NCBI GenBank assembly: GCA_002269645.1
Contig: NIVC01003464.1
Location: 1,901 to 65,900 of the forward strand
DNA from: Macrostomum lignano
Taxonomy: Eukaryota
Reading direction: 5' to 3'
Length of the DNA: 64,000 bases
Shown: one piece after another, positions 23,920 through 35,686 of the stretch
How positions within the stretch are numbered: the first letter of the stretch is position 1
Layout of the letters: the number at the start of each line of letters is the position of its first letter
The notes under the pieces: generated by a model
Told to the model about the DNA's origin: nothing
Databases searched by the model: none
The model's input: the letters and a program-made list of their open reading frames with translations, nothing else
Made by a program: the position numbers and the translations under genes

Positions 23920-26900
23920 TCAGCGGCCCGCCTCACCGGCCAGCCTGCTGGCCTCGGTGCCGACGTGCTCCCGCTCGGCCAAGGCCAGTTCGCGGCGGCG
24001 CCGCTCCTCGGCCAGCGACAGGCCGCCCAGCTCCTGCCGGGTGAACTCCTGCAGGCTGTAGCCAGCCAGCACCCGACGGATTCGAGCTTTTCGATCGGTA
24101 GCGGCGGCCGAGTCGTCGAATTCGGCATGGCTGACGTTATTTGGGCCGCGGAGCGCCATCGAGTTCAGCTGCTCCTGCACTGACACGGACTTGACGTGGC
24201 TGTTGGAGGCGTACCGGCGCTGCGGCAAGGGTGGCGGCTGCTGCTGCATTGGCCGGGGAGGCGGAACTTCTGGCGCGTTCAGCGAAGTCACAGAGAGGGC
24301 CTGCTCTACACGGGGTCTGCGATTGACTGCAATAGATTTGATTGGTAATTATAGGGTATTTACTAGAGCGTGGAATTCATTTGTTTCATTACATACTACT
24401 AATAGTAGTTTTCAGTAGGCAAAATATTTTATTAAGTTTAGAAAAAAATTGTGCTTCTTTAAATAGCTAGAATTAAATGAGGGCTTTAAAAGAGCCCTTG
24501 TACGGGCTGAAGGGCTAAAATACTGATCAAATAAGACTGAAATTTCACATCGTAGAAAATTCAATATGAGGGCCGCCAAAGAACGCCAATAATTTTGCAT
24601 GGTCCTTATTGTATTAAAGTTTCTACGATGTGAAATTGCGGCGTTATGAAAGTTTGGTATTTTGAAAGCGACCCAATTAAATACTCAGATCCTAGATGAA
24701 GAAGGTTCACACTGAATGGTTGTGAACATGTGGCTTCTTTAAAATTCGCTCGTTCGAGCTTAACTTGTTCCAACAGCAAGGTCTAACTCCTTTTCACTGC
24801 GAAGCTCCCTAGAAACGAGCCTGGGACCTCTTCAATAAAGCGATGCAAACGCTGGCTCACCTTCTGAATGACCGCCCACGCTCGGACGCAACGACGGGTT
24901 GCTGATGCCAGACGCGCCAAAGTATCCGCTCTCGCCGTCGGCCTCGCCGTAGTCGTAGCCGCTGAGGTCGACTGCGTTCAGCGCAGGCGTCGAAACCGCC
25001 GCTCGAAGCGACGAAGCGGCAGACCGCGCTGTTGATGGGCCGGCGCCTCCGACGCCGCCTCCGGCAGCAATAAGTCGGCGAGGAAATTTAGCGGCCAAAT
25101 CGATGCACTCGCCGGTGTCCAAGTCGGTCTCCAGGTAGGTGCCGCGGTTGCCAAGGCGTCTCCGATTGGCACCGGTGACGGCGACTGCCGCAGTGCCCCG
25201 CCTGCCCAGTTCGGCCATGAAGTCGGCGAGGCCGGACTTTCTGCGCCGGTGCTCAGCGTAGGCGGCCTCCAGCGCGGCCAGCTCGGATTCCAGGCGGCGG
25301 CGAGTCCGACGGAACTCTACGTCGCCGCTGTCGCCGCCGCCGGCAATGTCGATTTCAACGGTTGCAGCAGGGTCCGAAGACTGGCACTGGCGGGCGATCT
25401 CCATCTCCTGGCGGCGCCGCTGCCGCCCGATGACTGGGTTGGACGGCTTGGCCTGGCCCGGCTGCAGCAGGTGCCGCCGGTACTCGCTAGCGAATGCCAG
25501 ATCGTCTCCCTGGTACATGGCGCCCATGGCGATGATGTTGGCTATGAAGCTGAGCAGCGGCTCGCTCAGCTCCGCCTGCTGTTCGGCCTCGCGAATCTCC
25601 TGGCGCAGCCGTTCGGCCGTGGCGGAGGCGACCGGGTGGGAGCCGATGAGGCGGAGGCAGTGCTCGCGGCGACGCTCCAGGGCGGCCTTCTCCCGCTGCA
25701 GCTGGATGAGCAGCAGCAGCAGCTCGTCGTGCGGCTTGCCGAGCAGATCGGAGGCGGCGATGCTCATCCGCTTGGCCAGGCCGCTGACCGGGTAGCGGCG
25801 ACGGATCTCCTCTAGGGGCGCCGTGGCCTGCCGATCGATGGGATACTCAGTGAGAGATACTCAGTGAGAGATACTCAGTGAGAGATACTCAGTGAGAGAT
25901 ACTCAATGAGAGATACTCAGTGAGAGATACTCAATGAGAGATACTCAGTGAGAGATACTCAGTGAGAGATACTCAGTGAGAGATACTCAGTGAGAGTTAC
26001 TCAGTGAGACATTCGCAATGAGAGATACTCAGTGAGAGATACTCAGTGAGAGATTCTCAATGAGAGATACCCAGTGAGAGATACTCAGTGAGAAATACTC
26101 AGTGAGAGATACTCAGTGAGAGATACTCAATGAGAGATACTCAGTGAGAGATACTCAATGAGAGATAATCAATGAGAGATACTCAGTGAGAGATACTCAA
26201 TGAGAGATAATCAATGAGAGATACTCAGTGAGAGATACTCAGTGAGAGATACTCAGTGAGAGATACTCAATGAGAGATACTCAGTGAGAGATACTCAATG
26301 AGAGATACTCAGTGAGAGATACTCAATGAGAGATACTCAGTGAGAGATACTCAGTGAGAGATACTCAATGAGAGATACTCAGTGAGAGATACTCAATGAG
26401 AGATAATCAATGAGAGATACTCAGTGAGAGATACTCAGTGAGAGATAAGCAGTGAGGGATACCCAAGAGATAATCAGTCAGAGATACCCAATTAGAGATA
26501 ATCAGTGAGAGATACCCAATGGGAGATACTCAGTGAGGGATACCCAATGAGAGATACTTAGTGAGAGATACCCAGTGAGAAATACTCAGTGAGAAATACC
26601 CAATGAGAGATAATCTGTGAGATATACCCAATGGGAGATACTCAGTGAGAGATACTCAGTGAGAGATACTCAGTGAGAGATACCCAGTGAGAAATATTCA
26701 GTGAGAGATACTCAATGAGAGATACCCAGTGAGAGATACTCAGTGAGGATACTCAATGAGAGATCTCAGTGAGAGATACTCAGTGAGAGATACTCAATGA
26801 GAGATCTCAGCGAGAGATACTTAATGAGAGACCTCAGTGAGAGATACTCAATGAGAGATCTCAGCGAGAGATACTCAATGAGAGATACTCAGTGAGAGAT

Positions 26901-29900
26901 ACTCAATGAGAAATACTCAAACTCAATAACCAAAAGTCTATCGTATACGCAGAAAAGAACGCTTGTTCCTGAACTCACCAGCACTTGAGTATCATCCATG
27001 GCGGGGTCCTCTCTCACAGTTTCAATCATCCGCAAGTTGCCGGCTGGGCTGCCGCCGTTTGTCCAGCGCGGCCCGCCTGCAGGAAGACAAGTCGGACGGC
27101 CCGAGATGGAGAAGAGGCAGGTCAGTTCAGTGGAGACGTACGTGTTTGCCTCTGTACTCAGAGAGAGTACTGTTCCCACCCATGAGGGCAAGGTCGCAAG
27201 ACATAGTGAGTGTGCCATACATGCCTGACAATAAGAAACTAGGGGCCGCCGTGTGCACACCCTGTGTGAGCGTGTGTACACCCTGTGTGAGCGTGTGTAC
27301 ACCCTGTGTGAGCGTGTGTACACCCTGTGTGAGCGTGTGTACACCCTGTGTGAGCGTGTGTACACCCTGTGTGAGCGTGTGTACACCCTGTGTGAGCGTG
27401 TGTACACCCTGTGTGAGCGTGTGTACACCCTGTGTGAGCGTGTGTACACCCTGTGTGAGCGTGTGTACACCCTGTGTGAGCGTGTGTACACCCTGTGTGA
27501 GCGTGTGTACACCCTGTGTGAGCGTGTGTACACCCTGTGTGAGCGTGTGTACACCCTGTGTGAGCGTGTGTACACCCTGTGTGAGCGTGTGTACACCCTG
27601 TGTGAGCGTGTGTACACCCTGTGTGAGCGTGTGTACACCCTGTGTGAGCGTGTGTACACCCTGTGTGAGCGTGTGTACACCCTGTGTGAGCGTGTGTACA
27701 CCCTGTGTGAGCGTGTGTACACCCTGTGTGAGCGTGTGTACACCCTGTGTGAGCGTGTGTACACCCTGTGTGAGCGTGTGTACACCCCGTGTGAGCGTGT
27801 GTACAGTGTATGTGTGTCGACATGACTGCTTGTCTCCTCACTGGCTGCGGGTCAGCTGGAAAAACCTCAGACGATTTCCAGTTCATCAAACCGACACTCA
27901 CCGCCAGCTCCAGCAGCAGCAGCAGCAGCAGCAGGTGCTACTCCGTTATTGACGTGAACAGATCGACTGACATACTGCCGCTGGTATTGCTGCTGCTGCT
28001 GTTGTTGCTGCTGCTTCCAGACTGCAGCAGTGTTGGGCTCACGAACCACCGCGTAGTGAGCCTCCTCTGGTTCATCAGCAACGCGACGAAGACTGCCGCT
28101 GCCCCTACTAGAAGCAGCGGCAGAGTAGACAGCGTAAGGCAGCTGATAGTCCGGCTGCTGCAGTCCGGCGCCTCGAGCTACCGGCTCTCCTGACAGGTCG
28201 AGGTTCGGCTGCGACACGGTCAGCTGGCGACGATAGTTGCGCAATTCTGAGCCACCGCCGCCGCCCAGTTGCCGATCGCGCTGAAGATCGCTGCTGGTAA
28301 CTACCGTGTCTGTTAGTGTAATGAGTGACGCTGTGGCATCAATGAGTGACGCTGTGTCATTAATGAGTGACGCTGTGGCATCAATGAGTGACGCTGTGGC
28401 ATCAATGAGTGACGCTGTGTCATTAATGAGTGACGCTGTGGCATCAATGAGTGACGCTGTGGCATCAATGAGTGACGCTGTGTCATTAATGAGTGACGCT
28501 GTGGCATCAATGAGTGACGCTGTGGCATCAATGAGTGACGCTGTGGCATCAATGAGTGACGCTGTGTCATTAATGAGTGACGCTGTGGCATCAATGAGTG
28601 ACGCTGTGGCATCAATGAGTGACGCTGTGGCATCAATGAGTGACGCTGTGGCATCAATGAGTGACGCTGTGGCATCAATGAGTGACGCTGTGGCATCAAT
28701 GAGTGACGCTGTGGCATCAATGAGTGACGCTGTGGCATCAATGAGTGACGCTGTGGCATCAATGAGTGACGCTGTGTCATTAATGAGTGACTTCTTTGTA
28801 AACAATACTAACTTGAGAGTAAGCACGGAGTTTGAAAACTCACAATTACTGCCGTACATGTCCGAGTGTCTCTGAAATTCAAATCGAAAAATGCTACTAA
28901 TTACTAAAAGCATACAGTTAACTTTCTTGCCTTAGACTAACATTATCTGTGTAGCTATCGTCTCACTCTACCACTCCCCGTTGTCATTCTCACCTGACGC
29001 TACCATTTCCGGTTGCAAGTTACACCCAGTAACACAACCATTTCCGGTTGCAATTTACACCCGATAATACAACCATTTCCGGTTGCAATTTACACCCGAT
29101 AATACAACCATTTCCGGTTGCAATTTACACCCGATAATACAACCATTTCCGGTTGCAATTCACACCCGATAACACAACCATTTCCGGTTGCAATTTACAC
29201 CCGATAATACAACCATTTCCGGTTGCAATTTACACCCGATAATACAACCATTTCCGGTTGCAATTTACACCCGATAATACAACCATTTCCGGTTGTAAGT
29301 TACACCCGATAACACAACCATTTCCGGTTGTAAGTTACACCCATGACACTACCATTTCCGGTTGCAATTTACACCCATGACACTACCATTTCCGGTTGCA
29401 ATTGACACCTATGACATTACCATTTTCATTTGCAATTTACACCTATGACATTACCATTTCCATTTGCAATTTACACCCATGACACTACCATTTCCGGTTG
29501 CAATTGACACCTATGACATTACCATTACCATTTGCAATTTACACCTATGACATTACCATTTCCGGATGCAATTTTTTTCCGGTTGCAATTTCCATTTCTG
29601 GTTGCAATTTACACCTACTCGTAATAACACAGGTTATTTCGGTTATTTCCGGTTGCAGATTACGCCATCTTTACCTGCGCATGACCAGCCCAACCGCTGC
29701 TAATCTGGTTTTGCCGCTGCTGCACCTGCGGCTGATGGGCGGAAGTCGCCACCAGCAGAGCCTGGTACCAGTCGTCAAACTCTTCGGGCGTACCGGTGCT
29801 GAGGTACACTGCCACCTGGTTAGGCTCTTCCAGCTGGGAATTAAACGAGTTGAATTTTGTTGGAATTCTTTCGATTGGCGTGTCTCTAGAAAATATTAAA

Positions 29901-31308
29901 CAAATAGTTTTACAACCCTGGGTACCTTAATAGAGCTTCGATATTGCCCGGTAGAATCGTGGGACTGAGTCACTCTGGCGGTTGACAACAGCAGGGCGTA
30001 CAGGCACTCTTTGCTGTCTGGATCTGCAGAATTGTATGTCAGGGCGTAACTGGTGCGCATATTGGGCCAGTTTATGGTCACGGTATGCCGGTAGCCACTC
30101 ACCTTTGTACAGGTACAGGCAGTGGTCACTGAGGACCGCCCATCGACGCTTCCAGCCACTTATGCCATTGGCTGTCTCCTAGAAGGAAAGTTCAAGTGTC
30201 TGCTTTTAGCTAGGCTTGGAGTGTCTGCATTTAGATACTCCAGTTTTTAGTGCGTCCAGGTACGAGGCTGTGAATAGGGAGTGGGTAAGACTGTAAATAG
30301 GGAGTAGATAGACTGTGAATAGTGAGTGGGTAAGACCGTGAATAGTGAGTGGGTAAGACCGTGAATAGGGAGTAGATAGACTAAATAGGGAGTAGATAGA
30401 CTGAATAGGGAGTAGATAGACTGAATAGAGAGTAGATAGACTGAATACGGAGTGGGTAAGACTGTGAATAGGGAGTAGATAGACTGTGAATAGTGAGTGG
30501 GTAAGACCGTGAATAGGGAGTAGATAGACTGAATAGGGAGTGGGTAAGACTGTGAATAGGGAGTAGATAGACTTGAATAGGGAGTGGGCAAGACCGTGAA
30601 TAGGGAGTAGATAGACTGAATAGGGAGTGGGTAAGACCGTGAATAGGGAGTAGATAGACTGAATAGGGAGTGGGTAAGACTGTGAATAGGGAGTAGATAA
30701 GACTGTGAATAGAGAATAGATAAGACTGTGAATAGGGAGTAGATAAGACTGTGAAAAAGGAGTAGATAAGACTGTGAATAGGGAGTAGATAAGACTGTGA
30801 ATAGGGAGTAGATAAGACTGTGAATAGGGAGTAGATAAGACTGTGAATAGGGAGTAAGTAAGACTGTGAATAGGGAGTAGATAAGACTGTGAATAGGGAG
30901 TAGATAGACTGTGAATAGGGAGTAGATAAGACTGTGAATAGGGAGTAGATAAGACTGTGAATAGGGAGTAGATAAGACTGTGAATAGGGAGTAAGTAAGA
31001 CTGAATAGGGAGTAGATAAGACTGTGAATAGGGAGTAGATAGACTGTGAATAGGGAGTAGATAAGACTGTGAATAGGGAGTAAGTAAGACTGTGAATAGG
31101 GAGTAGATAAGACTGTGAATAGGGAGTAGATAAGACTGTGAATAGGGAGTAGAAAAGACTGTGAATATGGAGTAGATAAGACTGTAAATAGGGAGTAGAT
31201 AGGACTGTGAATATGGAGTAGATAAGACTGTGAATAGGGAGAGTAGACTGTGAAAACTCACGTATCTCAGCAGGTAGCCCTGACGATCAAGGCTTCGCAT
31301 TGGTGGCA

Positions 31309-31340
<32 letters not shown>

Positions 31341-31348
31341 AGCGACAT
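23920..31348 (-). CDS. PH-domain / coiled-coil protein, PLEKHA5/6/7 (kramer)-like; exons 31348-31262, 30178-30103, 30023-29926, 29833-29675, 28871-28844, 28309-27902, 27076-26979, 25845-24861, 24326-23920
   Basis: All junctions are GT..AG with matching phases. The spliced PH domain reads RQGYLLRY|ETANGISGWKRRWAVLSDHCLYLYK|DPDSKECL...YRSSIK|LEEPNQVAVYLSTGTPEEFDDWYQALL. A later block MSIAASDLLGKPHDELLLLLIQLQREK resembles the conserved PLEKHA5/7-kramer segment. An upstream acceptor (31377) and an alternative donor (23936) leave both ends uncertain. Confidence 0.75.
25841..26918. repeat. Intronic minisatellite, 14 bp unit (gagatactcagtga), ~75 copies
   Basis: Direct periodicity; abuts exon 8 of the PH gene. 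Confidence 0.97.
27252..27805. repeat. Minisatellite, 21 bp unit (caccctgtgtgagcgtgtgta), ~26 copies, inside a SINE-B copy
   Basis: Same unit as 35015-35430. Flanks are shared with family B. Confidence 0.97.
28318..28790. repeat. Intronic minisatellite, 21 bp unit (gacgctgtggcatcaatgagt), ~22 copies
   Basis: Direct periodicity, with a variant gacgctgtgtcattaatgagt. Confidence 0.97.
29000..29650. repeat. Intronic minisatellite, 35 bp unit (caaccatttccggttgcaatttacacccgataata), degenerating rightwards
   Basis: Direct periodicity. Confidence 0.93.
30268..31252. repeat. Intronic minisatellite, ~21-23 bp unit (gaatagggagtagataagactgt)
   Basis: Direct periodicity in PH-gene intron 1. Confidence 0.95.
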
Positions 31349-31769
31349 GAGCAAAGAATGTTTTTCAAGATTCAGGGCTGTAAAAAGCATGCATTACACT
31401 AATGATTAATGCTATTAGATTCTTAGAAACTATTGACAATGATTTTAAAAGCTCTATATAGTCCTGTAGTAGAATTATAGGACAATTTGAGTGCCGCACA
31501 ACTAATGTACACTTGGATTGTGAGCAGTCGGATAAAAATGGGGGTTAAAGGGTTGATTCAATCATTCTATTGGGTGCCAAGCAGATCTCTGGGGCGGACC
31601 TGTTTGGGGAGGATGCGGAGGGGGGGGGGGTAAGACGCGAGACCAGTAGCGCATGGACCCCTGAAGATCTCAGTGGACTGGTGTCAACTTCTACAACTTC
31701 TAGCTCCTGTGCTTAGTGCTGGAATCTAATGCGGATTCGACAGTATGGAGAAAAGAGTGTAGTGTAAAG

Positions 31770-32095
31770 CGAAGAGTGTAGATTTTAGATTTTAGAGTGT
31801 GTAGAGTGAATATTTTATAGCGTAGATTGTAGTGTACAGTGTAGATAGCAAAGTGTAGATTTTATAGTATAAATTGCAGAGTGTAGATTGTAGAGTGTAG
31901 ATTGCAGACTGTAGATTTAAAAGTGTAGATTTTTATAGTATAGATTGTAGAGTGTAGATTGTAGTGTTGATAGTAAAATAAAGAGTGTAGATGGTAGATT
32001 GTCGAATGTAGATTATAGATTGTAGCGTGTAGATTGTAGAGTGCAGAGTGCAGATTGTAGAGTGTAAAGTGTAGAATTTAGAGTGTAAAGTGTAA
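31770..32095. repeat. Degenerate ~14 bp repeat (gtgtagattgtaga)
   Basis: Low-complexity periodicity. Confidence 0.8.
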
Positions 32096-33259
32096 CAAGC
32101 ATGAAGATTTTACACTCAATACTCTCCTTCAAGGCCTCCTAGACTCATTTCCAGTCCAGGCAAGTTTCAGGGGTCCCTGCGCAGGGCCAATACCCCCCCC
32201 CCAGTGTGTACTCTGTAAACCGCAGCTCAATCGAGAGAGACGCGCTGCTCAAGCAGTAAGAAAATCGATTGCCTAAAGCGGCAAAAAACAATGAAAACAT
32301 GAACGGTTGAGGAGAGCTACTGCTGGCGTATTGAAAAACACTATCCTGTATTGGAATGAACTTTAAACTACTGCTGATCGGGCGTGTCCTGGGTAAACGG
32401 CAGGAGAAACTATACGCGTATTTTTCAAAGCAAATTCCTCGTCATCTACTTAGTTAAATAAATAAGTCTAGAAACAAACTCTGTGCAAAACCACGCACCA
32501 ACGGTTACTACATGCATTTATTAGATTTAGGGAAAACCTAGGATAATAAATGGGGAGACAACAGTCGGGATGAATCTAATATAATAAGCTAAGAGTACTA
32601 GTGCTCCATTCGCTAGATTGGGAGTACGAGTTGTCAATCATTGAAATTAGAATACGGTTTAGTTACAGGTGAACTAGCAGATAAAATAGATTTAATTAAC
32701 ACGCGGTGAAAGACCTAATACATAAGCCTAATACACTTCACCTGGGTTGGCATTTTGAAAGAAAAGTTACATCATAGCAAATGTGGCAGCTAGGGCTTTT
32801 GACAGATAAATGACTACAGAAAAAGCAAAGTTCCGCTTCTGACAGCCCGACTTGTAGCAGCACCAACTCAAGCGAGTGGTTAAACTTCTAAAACTGAAAA
32901 AGTCGACAGTGTAAAAATTTTAATAAAAAAAACTAAAAATCAAATGTCAAAAAATAAAAACAAAATCAAATACAAGAAGTCATTCCACTCTATTTCCATT
33001 GTCAGCTCACATCAGTTGTACAACAGAAACAAGAAATTTATCCAGTTGGAAGAGCTAGGCTGAAAACTGTCAGAAATCGCAATTCAGTTAAACAAATTTC
33101 ACAAAACACGAATGCGGATAGGGGCGGATGCGGTCACAACGAGTGCTTGATGTTGAATAGGGTTTGGATAGAAATAGTTAAACTGCCTTTAATACACTGC
33201 TGCCTGATACCCAATATACGACTATCTGCATGGCTCGCTGCAAAATCTGCTTTCAGGAT

Positions 33260-34160
33260 TTGGGAGGCTAGCCTAGCAACTGAAGATCTGGGAGGCTGGC
33301 CCAGCAACTGAGGATCTGGGAGGCTGGCCCAGCAACTGAGGATTTGGGAGGCTGGTCCAGCAACTGAGGATCTGGGAGGCTGGCCCAGCAACTGAGGATC
33401 TGGGAGGCTGGCCCAGCAACTGAGGATTTGGGAGGCTGGTCCAGCAACTGAGAATTTGGGAGGCTGGTCCAGCAACTGAGAATCTGGGAGGCTGGCCCAG
33501 CAAGTAAGGATTTGGGAGGCTGGTCCAGCAACTGAGGATCTGGGAGGCTGGTCCAGCAACTGAGGATTTGGGAGGCTGGTCCAGCAAATGAGGATTTGGG
33601 AGGCTGGTCCAGCAACTGAGGATCTGGGAGGCTGGTCCAGCAACTGAGGATCTGGGAGGCTGGTCCAGCAACTGAGAATTTGGGAGGCTGGTCCAGCAAC
33701 TGAGGATCTGGGAGGCTGGCCCAGCAAGTAAGGATTTGGGAGGCTGGCCCAACAACTGAGGATCTGGGAGGCTGGTCCAGCAACTGAGGATTTGGGAGGC
33801 TGGTCCAGCAACTGAGGATCTGGGAGGCTGGCCCAGCAACTGAGGATCTGGGAGGCTGGCCCAGCAACTGAGGATCTGGGAGGCTGGCCCAGCAACTGAG
33901 GATTTGGGAGGCTGGTCCAGCAACTGAGGATCTGGGAGGCTGGCCCAGCAACTGAGGATTTGGGAGGCTGGTCCAGCAACTGAGGATCTGGGAGGCTGGC
34001 CCAGCAACTGAGGATTTGGGAGGCTGGTCCAGCAACTGAGGATCTGGGAGGCTGGCCCAGCAACTGAGGATTTGGGAGGCTGGTCCAGCAACTGAGGATC
34101 TGGGAGGCTGGCCCAGCAACTGAGGGTCTGGGAGGGCAGCCCAGCAACTGAGTATCTGGG
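33260..34160. repeat. Minisatellite, 28 bp unit (ggaggctggcccagcaactgaggatctg), ~32 copies
   Basis: Direct periodicity. Confidence 0.97.
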
Positions 34161-34944
34161 TGGTGGGCAGGTATAAGCAGGTTGGGGCAGCTCAAGCCAG
34201 CAGACATATTTACTGAAGAGTTCGGCAAGTAAGTATCGGAGCCCGGTCGAGGCCCAAAAAATCAACAGCGAAAAATCGAATCAAAAATGATAAAAAACTG
34301 GTTATAAAAACGCTGAGGTGATAAATATAGGTCTATATATTCGTTGCAGACGCAATGCAGAGTGTGGGCTGGCTTGGCTTGGGATTTCGAGGTGCAAATT
34401 CTCAAATTCTGTCTTCGGTGCAGAATTACATAAACGGTACAGACTGGTGCAGGGTGCAAGGCAGCCCAGTGACAACACAGAATATTCATAGCTAGGTTAG
34501 ACTGCAGCGACCTAGAACACAGCGACAAAGAATTCAGCGACAACAGCAATATACTACTAAAAGCAACTACAGCTTTTTTGATACTATTTTTATGCGAATT
34601 TAAACAGTTTGAAACGCATCAATGCTATGGACGCTAAACCTGCCAGTCTACAAAATAGGCGTGTTTTCGTGTATTTGGAGTACAGTTTTCAAAATTTTCA
34701 ACAGTAAATATCAATTGTGTCAAGTTGGAGTAGTCTGTCAACATCGAGTCTGCAGACTTTTGAACTTCTGCAGGGGTCAGAGAGGCTCATCAGAGTAAAG
34801 GGTAGGGTAGAAATGATTGATTTAAAGTGTCTTGTTTGGTCATAAAGTACATGTACTTTTACTTTTACAGGCAGCCTCTGACGCATCTGACAATGTAATG
34901 GCCGATAATGGCAGCGTATGGTCGAGGGGTTGTCATGATTTACA

Positions 34945-35570
34945 GCCATGAGGGCCAACCCCCAAGGCGCAGAGAGTGTACATGCCTGACGATTGGAAAG
35001 TCAAAGCTGGCCGATGTACACCCTGTGTGAGCGTGTGTACACCCTGTGTGAGCGTGTGTACACCCTGTGTGAGCGTGTGTACACCCTGTGTGAGCGTGTG
35101 TACACCCTGTGTGAGCGTGTGTACACCCTGTGTGAGCGTGTGTACACCCTGTGTGAGCGTGTGTACACCCTGTGAGAGCGTGTGTACACCCTGTGTGAGC
35201 GTGTGTACACCCTGTGTGAGCGTGTGTACACCCTATGTGAGCGTGTGTACACCCTGTGTGAGCGTGTGTACACCCTGTGTGAGCGTGTGTACACCCTGTG
35301 TGAGCGTGTGTACACCCTGTGAGAGCGTGTGTACACCCTGTGTGAGCGTGTGTACACCCTGTGTGAGCGTGTGTACACCCTATGTGAGCGTGTGTACACC
35401 CTGTGTGAGCGTGTGTACACCCTGTGTGAGCGTTTGTATGAGTGCGTGCCAGCGGAATGGGCAGAATTGCCTCAACGCTGGTTGTGGGGTGATTTCGCCG
35501 AAGCGCTTGCGCCAGGGTGCCCCACAGCCCAGCTGCGAGTTATTAATTAATTATTAATTAATTATTAAAT
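34945..35570 (+). mobile_element. SINE-like family B copy with internal 21-bp array (35015-35430, ~20 copies) and (TTAA/TTA)n tail
   Basis: 5' block catgagggccaacccccaaggcgcagagagtgtacatgcctgacgatt matches the 6355 copy. Confidence 0.7.
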
Positions 35571-35686
35571 ATGAATTTTTACTTTCTAAGAAAACGTACA
35601 GAATGTTCTACCTCTCAGCCCTTCTAAGCGCGCGTTTTTAAATACTACATCTGTATCATACTATAACAGGTTATCTAATAATGAAT

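Noticed and set aside
26889-27952. ORFs VYTRSHR/CTPCVSV/HTGCTHA (also 34976-35557) resembling Cys/His-rich metal-binding proteins
   Set aside because: They are translations of a SINE-borne 21-bp array that is open in most frames and lies in an intron or intergenic DNA.
33134-34265. Long ORFs (283-364 aa) in the 28-bp array
   Set aside because: They arise from a stop-poor repeat unit read through all frames. There is no signal peptide, domain or splice support.
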